Shown piece after piece: positions 7,727 through 15,912 of a stretch of DNA of 64,000 nt. A model generated the notes under the pieces. That model had not been told where the DNA came from and did no database searches. It saw only the letters and a list, made by a program, of their open reading frames with translations. The stretch is from positions 1-64,000 of the IMG/VR virus record IMGVR_UViG_2834631226_000004. One strand, given 5' to 3'. The DNA is from a virus. Taxonomy: Duplodnaviria > Caudoviricetes. The translations under genes were made by a program, and so were the position numbers. Positions within the stretch are counted from its first letter, which is position 1, and the number at the start of each line of letters is the position of its first letter.

Positions 7727-8111
7727 TCCGGCGAGCCCTTTTCGCGCGCCGTCGATACTCACTCGCGTGGACGGGGTGAAACGTGCTCACCCATATTTCA
7801 TTTTTCAACTGAACTCCTTTGAGAACCAGCCGATAAAGCCGGTTCTCGATCTGGGAGAAGAACTGGATGCAGTTCGGCTCTCGGTCGGTGTATGCTTCCC
7901 CATATTCCAGAATGGTGGGAATGTGGGCAAACGCCATTTCGGCCGTCCGGTGCTTAAATCTGATCTTCTTTACATAATCGGGACTGATCCAGATCGAAAC
8001 AGTGGACACGCCGATCAAAACCGAAAGCGTAGGGTTCAGCCCACATATACGCACCGGCCTATCGAATGCTCCTATTGCAAGAAGGTGCCATTCATCTTCA
8101 TTTAAGCTCAA
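7719..8111 (-). CDS. Putative PBECR (phage-Barnase-EndoU-Colicin E5/D-RelE-like) ribonuclease
   Basis: 130 aa; KIRFKH..IPTILEYGE..LYRLVLK..EIWVSTFH..YRRR pattern resembles PBECR/RelE-like folds. Recognised by eye only. Confidence 0.5.
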   Translation of the reverse strand: MSLNEDEWHLLAIGAFDRPVRICGLNPTLSVLIGVSTVSIWISPDYVKKIRFKHRTAEMAFAHIPTILEYGEAYTDREPNCIQFFSQIENRLYRLVLKGVQLKNEIWVSTFHPVHASEYRRRAKRARRIK

Positions 8112-8301
8112 TATTATCCCGCCAAAGCCAGCCGTGATTATGGATACGCGTGAGCCGGAATAATAATACAGGAATCAGGCCGGCAACGTGCAATGGAATC
8201 ACAATCCACAAAGCTTTGGCAACTACCGCGGGATACTGCCAGTTTGTTCGCGTTAGGTTCTTTTATGTGGAGCGAGAGCCTAGCTGTCCGGCCACCAATG
8301 A

Positions 8302-8613
8302 CTAATTATCTCGAAACGGGCCGCCGGTGAACCGAAACAGTGTTTCGCTATAGGGTAGTCGCAGCAGGATTTTACCATTCTCAGCTATCGCGCCGAGGGC
8401 TGCAGCTCGACAAAGAAGGCTTACTCCGCCTTGTTGCCTGTTGCACATGGCATCTGGGCTATCAATCAATCGAACGTTGGCCAGGCCAGCAACCACTATT
8501 GTTGTGCCTTCGGGAAGCGCGCCGATCGGCTGAACAACAATAATCCTAACGCCACCCAGCCATACGCCTATTGATGCGATAAACACTACCGCGAGCGCCA
8601 ACAGCAATTTCAT
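8302..8613 (-). CDS. Hypothetical exported/membrane protein
   Basis: N-terminal signal or TM segment (MKLLLALAVVFIASIGVWLGG); two Cys. Confidence 0.65.
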   Translation of the reverse strand: MKLLLALAVVFIASIGVWLGGVRIIVVQPIGALPEGTTIVVAGLANVRLIDSPDAMCNRQQGGVSLLCRAAALGAIAENGKILLRLPYSETLFRFTGGPFRDN

Positions 8614-8663
8614 TCTTGCCCCCCAGACCTATGGGAGCAAGATGGTTTAGCCTGCCAAGATGG

Positions 8664-8900
8664 TCAAGGCTTAATGGTCACCCCGTAGCCTTGGGCAGTA
8701 TCTCCGGTAGCGATGAACATGACGCCGGCATCTTCAAGGGCCGACTGGATATCGCGCAAAGTCCTGTCGTACGGCGTGGATTTTTCACTTTCGAAGTTTG
8801 CCAGCGTGGCTCGGCCCACTGCTGACGCCTTGGATAAGTCATCTTGCGACCAGTTAATTAGGGCACGCGCTGCCCGGCATTGTGACGCCGTAATAGACAT
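8664..8900 (-). CDS. XRE-family helix-turn-helix repressor
   Basis: QCRAARALINWSQDDLSKASAVGRATLANFE..L..IQSALEDAGVMF; divergent from 9007. Confidence 0.85.
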   Translation of the reverse strand: MSITASQCRAARALINWSQDDLSKASAVGRATLANFESEKSTPYDRTLRDIQSALEDAGVMFIATGDTAQGYGVTIKP

Positions 8901-9006
8901 TTTGTATAACTCTATCATTTTTGTGTTGACTTACGACCAACTCGATGTATTTTGTATCGTGTTATAGCGAAACAATCGCTTCGCAGCAACCGAGGAGAAC
9001 GTTGAA

Positions 9007-9450
9007 ATGACGCATGCCAGCAGAAGACACGAACCTGCGCGGAGCAATGCCAGAGAGCAGTTGCCGCGCGCGCTTGTCGGAAGAAGACGACCAACCTTCC
9101 TTGAGCATGATATTGCCGCCGCTCCCCAGGCGGCACACTACTACAGACCATCCCAAGGCCAGAACCGCTGCGCCATGGAGATTGATGGTGAGCGCGTTTT
9201 GGTGGATGTCAGCACGTTCACAAACATGAAGAACGAACGGGCTGTCGTCCTGCGCCATGATGGCAGCATCGGTATTGAGCTGGTCTCTACTGAAGACGAC
9301 TACCCTCGCCCTTACGGAACAAGATCTGCTTTCGGCCAGAGCTATAGAAGCCCTCACGGCGGAACCATGCGCGATTGTTTAACGGTCGTTGGTAAGGTTA
9401 TCGATCCTGAAATCTTTCATGGCGTCACGATCGACGGAGAGCCGTCATGA
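9007..9450 (+). CDS. Hypothetical protein (first gene of the divergent early operon)
   Basis: GAGGAG RBS; divergent from the XRE gene; ATGA-coupled to the next gene. Confidence 0.6.
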   Translation: MTHASRRHEPARSNAREQLPRALVGRRRPTFLEHDIAAAPQAAHYYRPSQGQNRCAMEIDGERVLVDVSTFTNMKNERAVVLRHDGSIGIELVSTEDDYPRPYGTRSAFGQSYRSPHGGTMRDCLTVVGKVIDPEIFHGVTIDGEPS

Positions 9451-9635
9451 CGTGGCAGCAAACCTACCCTGAAGGCTCGACCGTATTGATCGGTCGCGAC
9501 AGTTACACGGCCAAGCACAATCCCCACTTTCCCGGCATAGATCTATATCAGGGGCGCTTGCGCGTCATGACGGTTTGCCCCGATTATTTGCCGCAGGTCG
9601 CGACTGGAGTGATGATCGAGGGAGAAGCACGATGA
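9447..9635 (+). CDS. Hypothetical protein
   Basis: 62 aa with ATGA overlaps on both sides. Confidence 0.6.
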   Translation: MTWQQTYPEGSTVLIGRDSYTAKHNPHFPGIDLYQGRLRVMTVCPDYLPQVATGVMIEGEAR

Positions 9636-9997
9636 CCGGCGCTGCCCGAGAAGCTTCCGAAAGATCATTCCTGCGAAGGATGACTTCGCTATACGCAGAA
9701 CTTGATACCGTCTGGAGCCGGCACGGTGAATTGCCTGACGAAGTTAGTGACGCCATCGTCGACGCTGCAGGGCTGCTGTGTGACGCGATTATCAATGCCC
9801 CGATCAAAAGCGAGGAGGACATTGCTCGCAAGCTTCGGTTCGCCGCGGACCTCGTGTCCAGCAAAGACGGGGTAATGTTAGCCGAGCGCCCAGCCGTCGA
9901 GCGAGCGCTGCACGACCTGATAGCATTTCGGGAGGCAGAACTGCGCGTTGACGAGCGCCTCCTCGATCGACTTCAGTTAGCATCCGCACACCACTAG
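9632..9997 (+). CDS. Hypothetical protein
   Basis: GGGAG RBS, ATGA overlap; helical AP..S..D...KLR pattern common in rhizobial phage proteins. Confidence 0.6.
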   Translation: MTGAAREASERSFLRRMTSLYAELDTVWSRHGELPDEVSDAIVDAAGLLCDAIINAPIKSEEDIARKLRFAADLVSSKDGVMLAERPAVERALHDLIAFREAELRVDERLLDRLQLASAHH

Positions 9998-10174
9998 TTC
10001 CCTGTGCCAGCCTTGCATTCGGGCTGGCCAATTTGCCGCAGCGCGCCTTCGGGTTGCGCGCGGTCTTTTATTCCAGTTGCCGATACCCCCGGCCTAAGAG
10101 GCCTCACCAGCTGCACCACGCGCTCCACCACTGCGCGGGCCGGGGGTGGTAATCAATCGACCGAGGAGACCTTC

Positions 10175-10372
10175 ATGATTTCAGCGATCCTATGCGTGAC
10201 AATAGCGCTGGTTGTCGCAGCCTCAATCTTGATGATGATATTGATGGTTGCCGACGAGCACCCGAACGGCGCAACGGTTAAGTCAAGCATGTGGACAATG
10301 ATGGGAGCGGCGACGGTATTAGGCGGCCTATTGATTGGAATGATGCTTGTGCAGGCCGCGAGCGCTATCTGA
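10175..10372 (+). CDS. Small two-TM membrane protein (65 aa)
   Basis: GAGGAG RBS; two strongly hydrophobic segments; followed by a terminator at ~10400-10430. Confidence 0.6.
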   Translation: MISAILCVTIALVVAASILMMILMVADEHPNGATVKSSMWTMMGAATVLGGLLIGMMLVQAASAI

Positions 10373-10523
10373 TTTCCACGTCACCACGCGCCTACGATGC
10401 CCGCCAGAATCACCAACTGGCGGGTTTTCGCTATCTGGACGACATATCCACAACGGAAAACTCGCCGGCCAAGTTATGGCAAGCGGCGAAAAAATCAAAA
10501 TTATGCAATGAAAACAAGGGTTG

Positions 10524-10614
10524 TGGCGGAGAGGATGGGATTCGAACCCACGATACGCTTTTGACGTATACTCCCTTAGCAGGGGAGCGCCTTCGACCAC
10601 TCGGCCACCTCTCC
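10524..10614 (-). tRNA. tRNA-Ser(GCT), host gene with encoded CCA
   Basis: Reverse complement GGAGAGGTGGCCGAGTGGTCGAAGGCGCTCCCCTGCTAAGGGAG...GGGTTCGAATCCCATCCTCTCCGCCA; long variable arm; GCT anticodon. Confidence 0.97.
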
Positions 10615-10624
10615 GGTAGAGGGG

Positions 10625-10653
10625 TTACTAACCGCAAAGCCCTTGTCCTGCAA
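10625..10653 (-). promoter_or_regulatory. Promoter of tRNA-Ser
   Basis: TTGCAG-N17-TAGTAA followed by a C-rich discriminator just upstream of the tRNA. Confidence 0.6.
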
Positions 10654-10898
10654 GGGCTTTTTTTCATGTCTATTCGTTTGTTCTCCTATTTTCTTCGATA
10701 CGTGAAAATGCGGCTTGTGACGTGAACAAACAACGATTTACGCCAAAAAACATCCCATATTTAGACCATAGGCGTTTTCCATATGTGCTTATTTCGTTCA
10801 CACTACCTAAAAACGGACCATAATTACCGTACCGACGTGTATATATAATGAGAGACGGTTTTTGGCATGAATCCTGTTTGCGACATCGCGAATCAAAC

Positions 10899-10932
10899 AA
10901 AAAACCCCGCCGTGGTTAGTGGCGGGGTTTTT
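10899..10932. terminator. Intrinsic terminator closing the leftward prophage operon
   Basis: AAAAAACCCCGCC-loop-GGCGGGGTTTTT. Confidence 0.8.
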
Positions 10933-10935
10933 GTG

Positions 10936-11175
10936 TTATAGCGGCGGCGGTTCCCATTTCGGATCCATGATGGCAGCCGCGATCTTTTCTGGCTCATCTT
11001 CATTCAAGTTGCAGCCGGAAATGTCCTCCAAATAGCGGCGGGCAACATCGGCGCATCGTTCACGCTCGGCGAGGATGGCTGCCGCAAATACCTTGCGAGC
11101 ATGGCTGTCTGTTATTCCCGCGTTGGCGCAGATCGATGCCGCTACCGCAGTGATGTCATCTGGAATACCTCTCAC
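10936..11175 (-). CDS. Hypothetical phage protein
   Basis: GTG start with GGAGG RBS overlapping the upstream stop; AAILAERERCA..A motif common in phage proteins. Confidence 0.6.
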   Translation of the reverse strand: MRGIPDDITAVAASICANAGITDSHARKVFAAAILAERERCADVARRYLEDISGCNLNEDEPEKIAAAIMDPKWEPPPL

Positions 11176-11924
11176 GCCGCATCCTCCATGCGCCAATCCA
11201 AGAAGATACCCAACTGGCGATGAAGATCGACAATATCACCAATGTTGTGAATCTCGATATCCGGGCGACCACACCCCGCCTCGCTCTCGTGGCTGCCCGC
11301 GATGCCACCACGACCGACAAGTCGCCAAACCACACCACCCAGCTTGCGCACCTCATCCGCTTCATTCGGGAAACGGCAGTCATCGACGACAACACGGCCG
11401 CCAAAGGCAAGCACGCCGTCTACGCGTGAGCGCCAGAGATTGGTCCAGAAGTCCTCTCCCATGCACTTGCGTCCCCACTCAGTGCCGAGCGTCTGCATGG
11501 CATGCCTTGGCGTGTATCCAGATAGCATTGCAAGGTCGGTCTCTTTGTGAGCGCCCTCGATGTGACCTTCGCTCAGACCGATCGCCCGCAGCATGTCTTT
11601 CAACGGGCCTGCGAACTTCACCAGTTGGTAGCCGTGCTTCTCGACCAGGTACTTGCTGGCCGTGCTCTTACCGCTGCCGGCAAGGCCGGTGAGCGCAATG
11701 ACGGGCGGCAAGATAGATGTGCTCGCCTTTCCGATTGCCGCGCCGAGTGCGCGCAGCTCGATAGGAACGTTATCATTCGCCGGTACGGCTGTGAGGCAGC
11801 CTGTGTCTTTGGATGTCAGGGTCTCGCCGAGAGTAAAAGACGCACGGAAATCCACCAAAGCTGAAGCATAGGCAGCGCGGTTCTTTTCAGCGAGTTCGTC
11901 GAGCTTGTCCAGAATGTTGGTCAT
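11172..11924 (-). CDS. Deoxynucleoside monophosphate kinase (T4 gp1-like) with N-terminal extension
   Basis: IALTGLAGSGKST P-loop, FAGPLK, TPRHAMQTLGTEWGR, VVVDDCRFPNEA..GG.VW.L, HESE. Confidence 0.85.
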   Translation of the reverse strand: MTNILDKLDELAEKNRAAYASALVDFRASFTLGETLTSKDTGCLTAVPANDNVPIELRALGAAIGKASTSILPPVIALTGLAGSGKSTASKYLVEKHGYQLVKFAGPLKDMLRAIGLSEGHIEGAHKETDLAMLSGYTPRHAMQTLGTEWGRKCMGEDFWTNLWRSRVDGVLAFGGRVVVDDCRFPNEADEVRKLGGVVWRLVGRGGIAGSHESEAGCGRPDIEIHNIGDIVDLHRQLGIFLDWRMEDAA

Positions 11925-12199
11925 AACGTTTCCTCGATCTTCTTCTCTTCCTCGACTTTCGGCTTCACCACCGGCCTGAACCGGCGCAGCGCGAACGGTG
12001 GATCCTCATCGCCGAACTGCGGACACACGCCACGGTTCACGCCCGCCAGCCTGATGCCAGCGTAGTCACCGCCGAGATACGAGCGGCACATGCCGACCCA
12101 AGTTGCTGTGTAGGTCTCCCCGGCACGAATGCCGAGGTATTGCTCTGGAAGGGTAGTGTCGTCGATGCAGATTACTTCGTCGCCGGGTTTGATGGTCAT
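11921..12199 (-). CDS. Hypothetical phage protein
   Basis: 92 aa; KPGDEVICID start; overlapping stop/start coupling. Confidence 0.6.
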   Translation of the reverse strand: MTIKPGDEVICIDDTTLPEQYLGIRAGETYTATWVGMCRSYLGGDYAGIRLAGVNRGVCPQFGDEDPPFALRRFRPVVKPKVEEEKKIEETL

Positions 12200-12438
12200 G
12201 GTGCCAACGCTCCGATGATTTTGATTGCCTCACGTAGGTCAGCGGCATACTGCCGATCGCGCTTAGCCCCGTTGTGGTGGTCGAGGAACATGCGAACCGC
12301 GAAGGTGTTGTGGTTGCCCTGCCCGGCGTTGAATAGGTCCATCTGCGGCTTCAAGGCGTCGGCCACAGCATCGTTGTTTGCGGCACATGCCTCGTCCTCG
12401 GCGAGTCGTTTTCTTAGCCGCTCGATAAGGTCGGTCAC
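12196..12438 (-). CDS. Hypothetical phage protein
   Basis: MTDLIERLR start typical of phage ORFs; coupled to neighbours. Confidence 0.6.
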   Translation of the reverse strand: MTDLIERLRKRLAEDEACAANNDAVADALKPQMDLFNAGQGNHNTFAVRMFLDHHNGAKRDRQYAADLREAIKIIGALAP

Positions 12439-13163
12439 GCAGCCCTCCCCGCCATAAGCGCATCAAACGTCGCCAGGAATTCCAACTCCGCTTCCTCCGG
12501 TGACCAGTACCGCATCTTCACGCCCAGCTCTTTGCCGGCGTACCGCGCATGCCACGGCATTTCACGCAGGTTGACCAGCTCGTCCGCAATGATTCGGTTG
12601 TCAGCGTCATGCACTTCGCGCGGCAGCTCCCGGTCCAACTGAAATCGCGCCGCGATAGCCAGCCAGTTGTCCTGCTCAATCGCCCGGTAGTTGATAAGGT
12701 ACGGCTTGAGCGGTCGCGGAATGTCCACGCAGTATGCTTCAGGGGCATCGTGGAGAAGGCCAGCCAAAGCCACCTCCGGCGCGTGCTTGGCTGCAAGATG
12801 ACGGGCAATCAGGACAGAATGTTCGGCGACGCTGTAGAACTTGATGCAGTGACCAGCGTATCGGCATTGCAGGCCGAGCGAATGCGCGATGTCTTCGATG
12901 TGGACTTCGTGCGGTCTCGGAGACATCGGCCAGTATTTGCGGCCGGTGAACGTTTGCATGAAATCGCCGGTGCGGGGTGGCTCGGCTGGTGTGTTGCGGG
13001 TTAGGCCGATGTATTGTCCGTTGTCCTGGGACTGAGGACGGTTGTCGTTGGCGGCAACTGGGGTACACCTTGTGCGCTCTTCGCGCAGCGCCACTGCAGC
13101 CTTAAAGGTGGCGATCTTTTTATCTGCGATCTCTCTAGCGTCTATCACTGCAGCGTATGGCAT
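12435..13163 (-). CDS. HD-domain 5'-deoxynucleotidase-like protein (YfbR family)
   Basis: IEDIAHSL..CRYAGH..FYSVAEHS..LLHDAPEAY..DIPRPLK..D. Confidence 0.85.
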   Translation of the reverse strand: MPYAAVIDAREIADKKIATFKAAVALREERTRCTPVAANDNRPQSQDNGQYIGLTRNTPAEPPRTGDFMQTFTGRKYWPMSPRPHEVHIEDIAHSLGLQCRYAGHCIKFYSVAEHSVLIARHLAAKHAPEVALAGLLHDAPEAYCVDIPRPLKPYLINYRAIEQDNWLAIAARFQLDRELPREVHDADNRIIADELVNLREMPWHARYAGKELGVKMRYWSPEEAELEFLATFDALMAGRAA

Positions 13164-13591
13164 CAAAACGCCTTCCCACCAGCCATAAGCCGGTTTTCGA
13201 TTTTGTGGTCAGGGCGGTTGGCGTTGAATGCCATCTTCTCGACGACGGCGCCGCCGAGGTCATAGCCGAGGAATGCCGCCAGATCGCCGATCCGGATCAT
13301 GGCGTCGGCCAGCTCCACCTCAGCCATAGGTCGGTGCGGCAGCTTGTCGTCCATCAGCACTTTACCGGGCCTGGACTTGCGATAGCCCTCCATCGCTTCG
13401 CTGATCTCGCTGTGAATCAGGCAAAGCATCTCAGGCACGTTGCGGTCCAGCGCCCTGCCTGTGGCGAGGTCAGTGTACCAGCCTGCTCTACGGCTTGCTG
13501 CGTGGCAGTCGGCTGCAAACAGGTTGATCGCTGCGGCGTGGTGGAATTCCACCTCCGCAGCGATTTTTAAAGTCACGACGTTGTCACTCAT
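13163..13591 (-). CDS. MazG-like NTP pyrophosphohydrolase
   Basis: LCLIHSEISEAMEGYRK..EVELADAMIRIGDLA..KMAFNANR. Confidence 0.8.
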   Translation of the reverse strand: MSDNVVTLKIAAEVEFHHAAAINLFAADCHAASRRAGWYTDLATGRALDRNVPEMLCLIHSEISEAMEGYRKSRPGKVLMDDKLPHRPMAEVELADAMIRIGDLAAFLGYDLGGAVVEKMAFNANRPDHKIENRLMAGGKAF

Positions 13592-13798
13592 TCTTGTCTC
13601 CTCAGTGGCGGTGGTTGACCGCCAGTTGGTGGCTGGCGGCTGGTTGGGGATTGCTGGGGAAGTCGCTGTATAAATGCTAAAAAAAACCCGAATTTGCCGG
13701 TTGTTTCGGTGGTTATCCCCCATTGGCAATTGACCTTCGGCCCGTAGGGAGTCCTTATTGCCATTGTGGTGCCAGCGAATCTTTCACTGGAGCACCAA

Positions 13799-13948
13799 AT
13801 GAAGACCTTCCTTAAGTTCAGGCACGGTAAAACCGAAGGTGAAGCGAACAACACTCTCGGAATGTTGCTGCTAACGATCATTGCCGTAACCTACAGGCTT
13901 GCACCGTTCATCGCGCTGGGCGCTGGCGGATACTGGCATGTTCGCTAG
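13799..13948 (+). CDS. Small membrane protein, antisense to the operon
   Basis: GGAG RBS; 49 aa with one hydrophobic segment. Confidence 0.45.
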   Translation: MKTFLKFRHGKTEGEANNTLGMLLLTIIAVTYRLAPFIALGAGGYWHVR

Positions 13949-13952
13949 GGCG

Positions 13953-15188
13953 TCACGCCACTGCCCTCGCCGACTCATTATCATTGGCGGCATCCATCAT
14001 CGCAACGCGAACGCGCGAAACTTCGCCATATTCCTTGTGGTAGCTGATCGACTGCATAGACCGGCCAGACAGGAAGCCCGAGCCAAAGTGCCACGCATCC
14101 TGCGGCGTCGGCGTCTGGTGAGATTCCGAAATCACCCCGCCGCCCTCAGAAGCGAACTTGCTCGAGTGGTGGATGTGAAAGCCATGGACGAAGCGGTGGC
14201 GAGTTGCGCCCCAGTCTTCGGCACGGCGGTGTGCCATGATGCTCGCCATGTCCTTGAGCTTGACCGTGTGGCCATGCGTGGCGCCGATCATCACCTTGCC
14301 GAAACGGAACCAGAAGAACAGCGACGGGTCTACGTCGACAGTCACTCTCGGCTCATTGCGATACCAGGCGAGCAGGAAGTATGCGACTGCAACAGACGCG
14401 TGCTCATCGTGATTGCCTGGCAAGATGCGGACGGTGACGTGCCCATGCCGCTTAAGGCTGGCGTCGATCGATCGAACGACAAGCCGGCATGCGGTCATCA
14501 GCACCTTTTGATACCTGCCGTCGACCTGCAGAACGTTGCCCGAGCGTGCAGTCTTGTTCTCGTTGTTGTCAGAGTGGAGCAAGTCACCGCCACCCAAGAC
14601 AATCGCATTGGCGGATGGCGGAGTGCGCGCAATCAGGTCTTCAATTGCTGAGCCAATGACATGCTCCGCAATCTTTAAATCCCAATTCGTGTCTGTCTCG
14701 CGATGCCATGAGAAGAGTCCGATATGCCAGTCGGCCAATGGCGTCAGCGTCAGCAGATCGTCATAGACGTGCGTCGGCGCGGCGATAGGTTCGGCGGGCT
14801 GAACATCACGGAATGCCTCTTTGAGGACGGCGGCGATATCGACTGGTGAGTGTTCCACCGCCGTCTTCTGCCACTGCTGGATAACGCGTCCCTCAGCATC
14901 GACGAGCGCGGACACACCTTTGACGACGTGACCGGTCGGGACTTCGAAACGCTCGCCGCGCTCCTGCGTCTGCTGGATATATGTGCCGCTCGGCGTGTTG
15001 CTGATACGGCTTATGCGAAAGCCAGGAAGGACAGGCTCTGTGCCCAGAAGGCCAGCTTCGGCAGCGCGTTTGATGCTCTCGGCAAGAGCGGACTTGCCGA
15101 TGCCAAGCGCGGCGGCAGCCTTCACGAGCGTGCCGTGCTCTCTGTAGGCGTCGGCTCTTCGACGTAGTTCTTCTATGGGTAGAGGCAT
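13953..15188 (-). CDS. N-terminal HTH plus calcineurin-like metallophosphoesterase
   Basis: PLADWHIG, GGGDLLH, ILPGNHD, ATHGH, HGFHIHH motifs. Confidence 0.8.
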   Translation of the reverse strand: MPLPIEELRRRADAYREHGTLVKAAAALGIGKSALAESIKRAAEAGLLGTEPVLPGFRISRISNTPSGTYIQQTQERGERFEVPTGHVVKGVSALVDAEGRVIQQWQKTAVEHSPVDIAAVLKEAFRDVQPAEPIAAPTHVYDDLLTLTPLADWHIGLFSWHRETDTNWDLKIAEHVIGSAIEDLIARTPPSANAIVLGGGDLLHSDNNENKTARSGNVLQVDGRYQKVLMTACRLVVRSIDASLKRHGHVTVRILPGNHDEHASVAVAYFLLAWYRNEPRVTVDVDPSLFFWFRFGKVMIGATHGHTVKLKDMASIMAHRRAEDWGATRHRFVHGFHIHHSSKFASEGGGVISESHQTPTPQDAWHFGSGFLSGRSMQSISYHKEYGEVSRVRVAMMDAANDNESARAVA

Positions 15189-15269
15189 GCAGTCTCCTCG
15201 ATGTGGTGGTGAAGGCCGCTTGGTGGGCGGCCTGATGTCACTCTGACAAAGCCGGTGGGTTGGTGGGGG

Positions 15270-15608
15270 TCACTTCATCTCGTCGTAATCGAGGAAGTAT
15301 GATTTGCCGCAGACGTCACAGCGGTAGCGCTCGCCATCCATGCCGCCGCCGACTTCCTTCATGTTTGGACAGTCGCGAGTTGATGGATCGGCTATGCCGC
15401 AAGGCCGTGGACCTGAAGCCTGCTGCTCTGGTGCGCCCTTAAGACCACGCATCAGGAAAGCTGTTCGCTGTGCGGTCTCGTAAAAGAATTGCCATTCCTC
15501 TTGCGTCAGAGGGCGATTGAACCCAATCACGCACTCGGAGCTTTCGGGCTTGTTCCATCCGCGTTCGGCCAAAAGGTCTAGCTTTTTAAGAGACACGACG
15601 TTGCTCAT
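15270..15608 (-). CDS. Hypothetical protein with C-terminal Zn-ribbon
   Basis: CPNM..YRCDVCGKSYFLD. Confidence 0.55.
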   Translation of the reverse strand: MSNVVSLKKLDLLAERGWNKPESSECVIGFNRPLTQEEWQFFYETAQRTAFLMRGLKGAPEQQASGPRPCGIADPSTRDCPNMKEVGGGMDGERYRCDVCGKSYFLDYDEMK

Positions 15609-15645
15609 CTGCTTCTTCCGCTGTGCTGTGGTTACTTGGTGGGGG

Positions 15646-15888
15646 TCAGGCGACGAACTGCGCGTCGAGCTTTCGGAGCGTCTGCTTTGCCGCGACCGCT
15701 TGCAGATCACCGCCGACGCGGAAATCCATGGCGCTGGTAATCCGCTGGCGAACCTGTTCGCGCGACGGCGTGCCGTTCATGAAGCCGATGCTGTGGTTGA
15801 AAACTTCGTTCTCAATCGTTTCGACCTCGACGCAGAAATCGATTGCCGGGTCTGGATGGTGGTCAAATTTTCCGAGTTTCTCTGTCAT
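15646..15888 (-). CDS. Hypothetical protein
   Basis: 80-aa ORF with AGGG RBS inside the operon. Confidence 0.55.
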   Translation of the reverse strand: MTEKLGKFDHHPDPAIDFCVEVETIENEVFNHSIGFMNGTPSREQVRQRITSAMDFRVGGDLQAVAAKQTLRKLDAQFVA

Positions 15889-15912
15889 GTTCCCTATCCT
15901 TTGTCTGAAGCC

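Larger units (their letters stand above)
1..10523. mobile_element. Phage satellite / defective phage-like island abutting the 3' end of tRNA-Ser; left end lies before the window
   Basis: Capsid, HNH, cos-like block, tail chaperone, gp10-like and tape measure genes without terminase, portal or tail tube in the visible part; XRE divergent switch; ends at the CCA end of tRNA-Ser. No integrase visible, so the boundary is inferred. Confidence 0.7.

Noticed and set aside
12435-13591. HD plus MazG-like pair as a 2-aminoadenine (Z-genome) datZ/mazZ cluster
   Set aside because: No purZ-like gene in the window, and a Z-substituted genome is hard to reconcile with a resident prophage.
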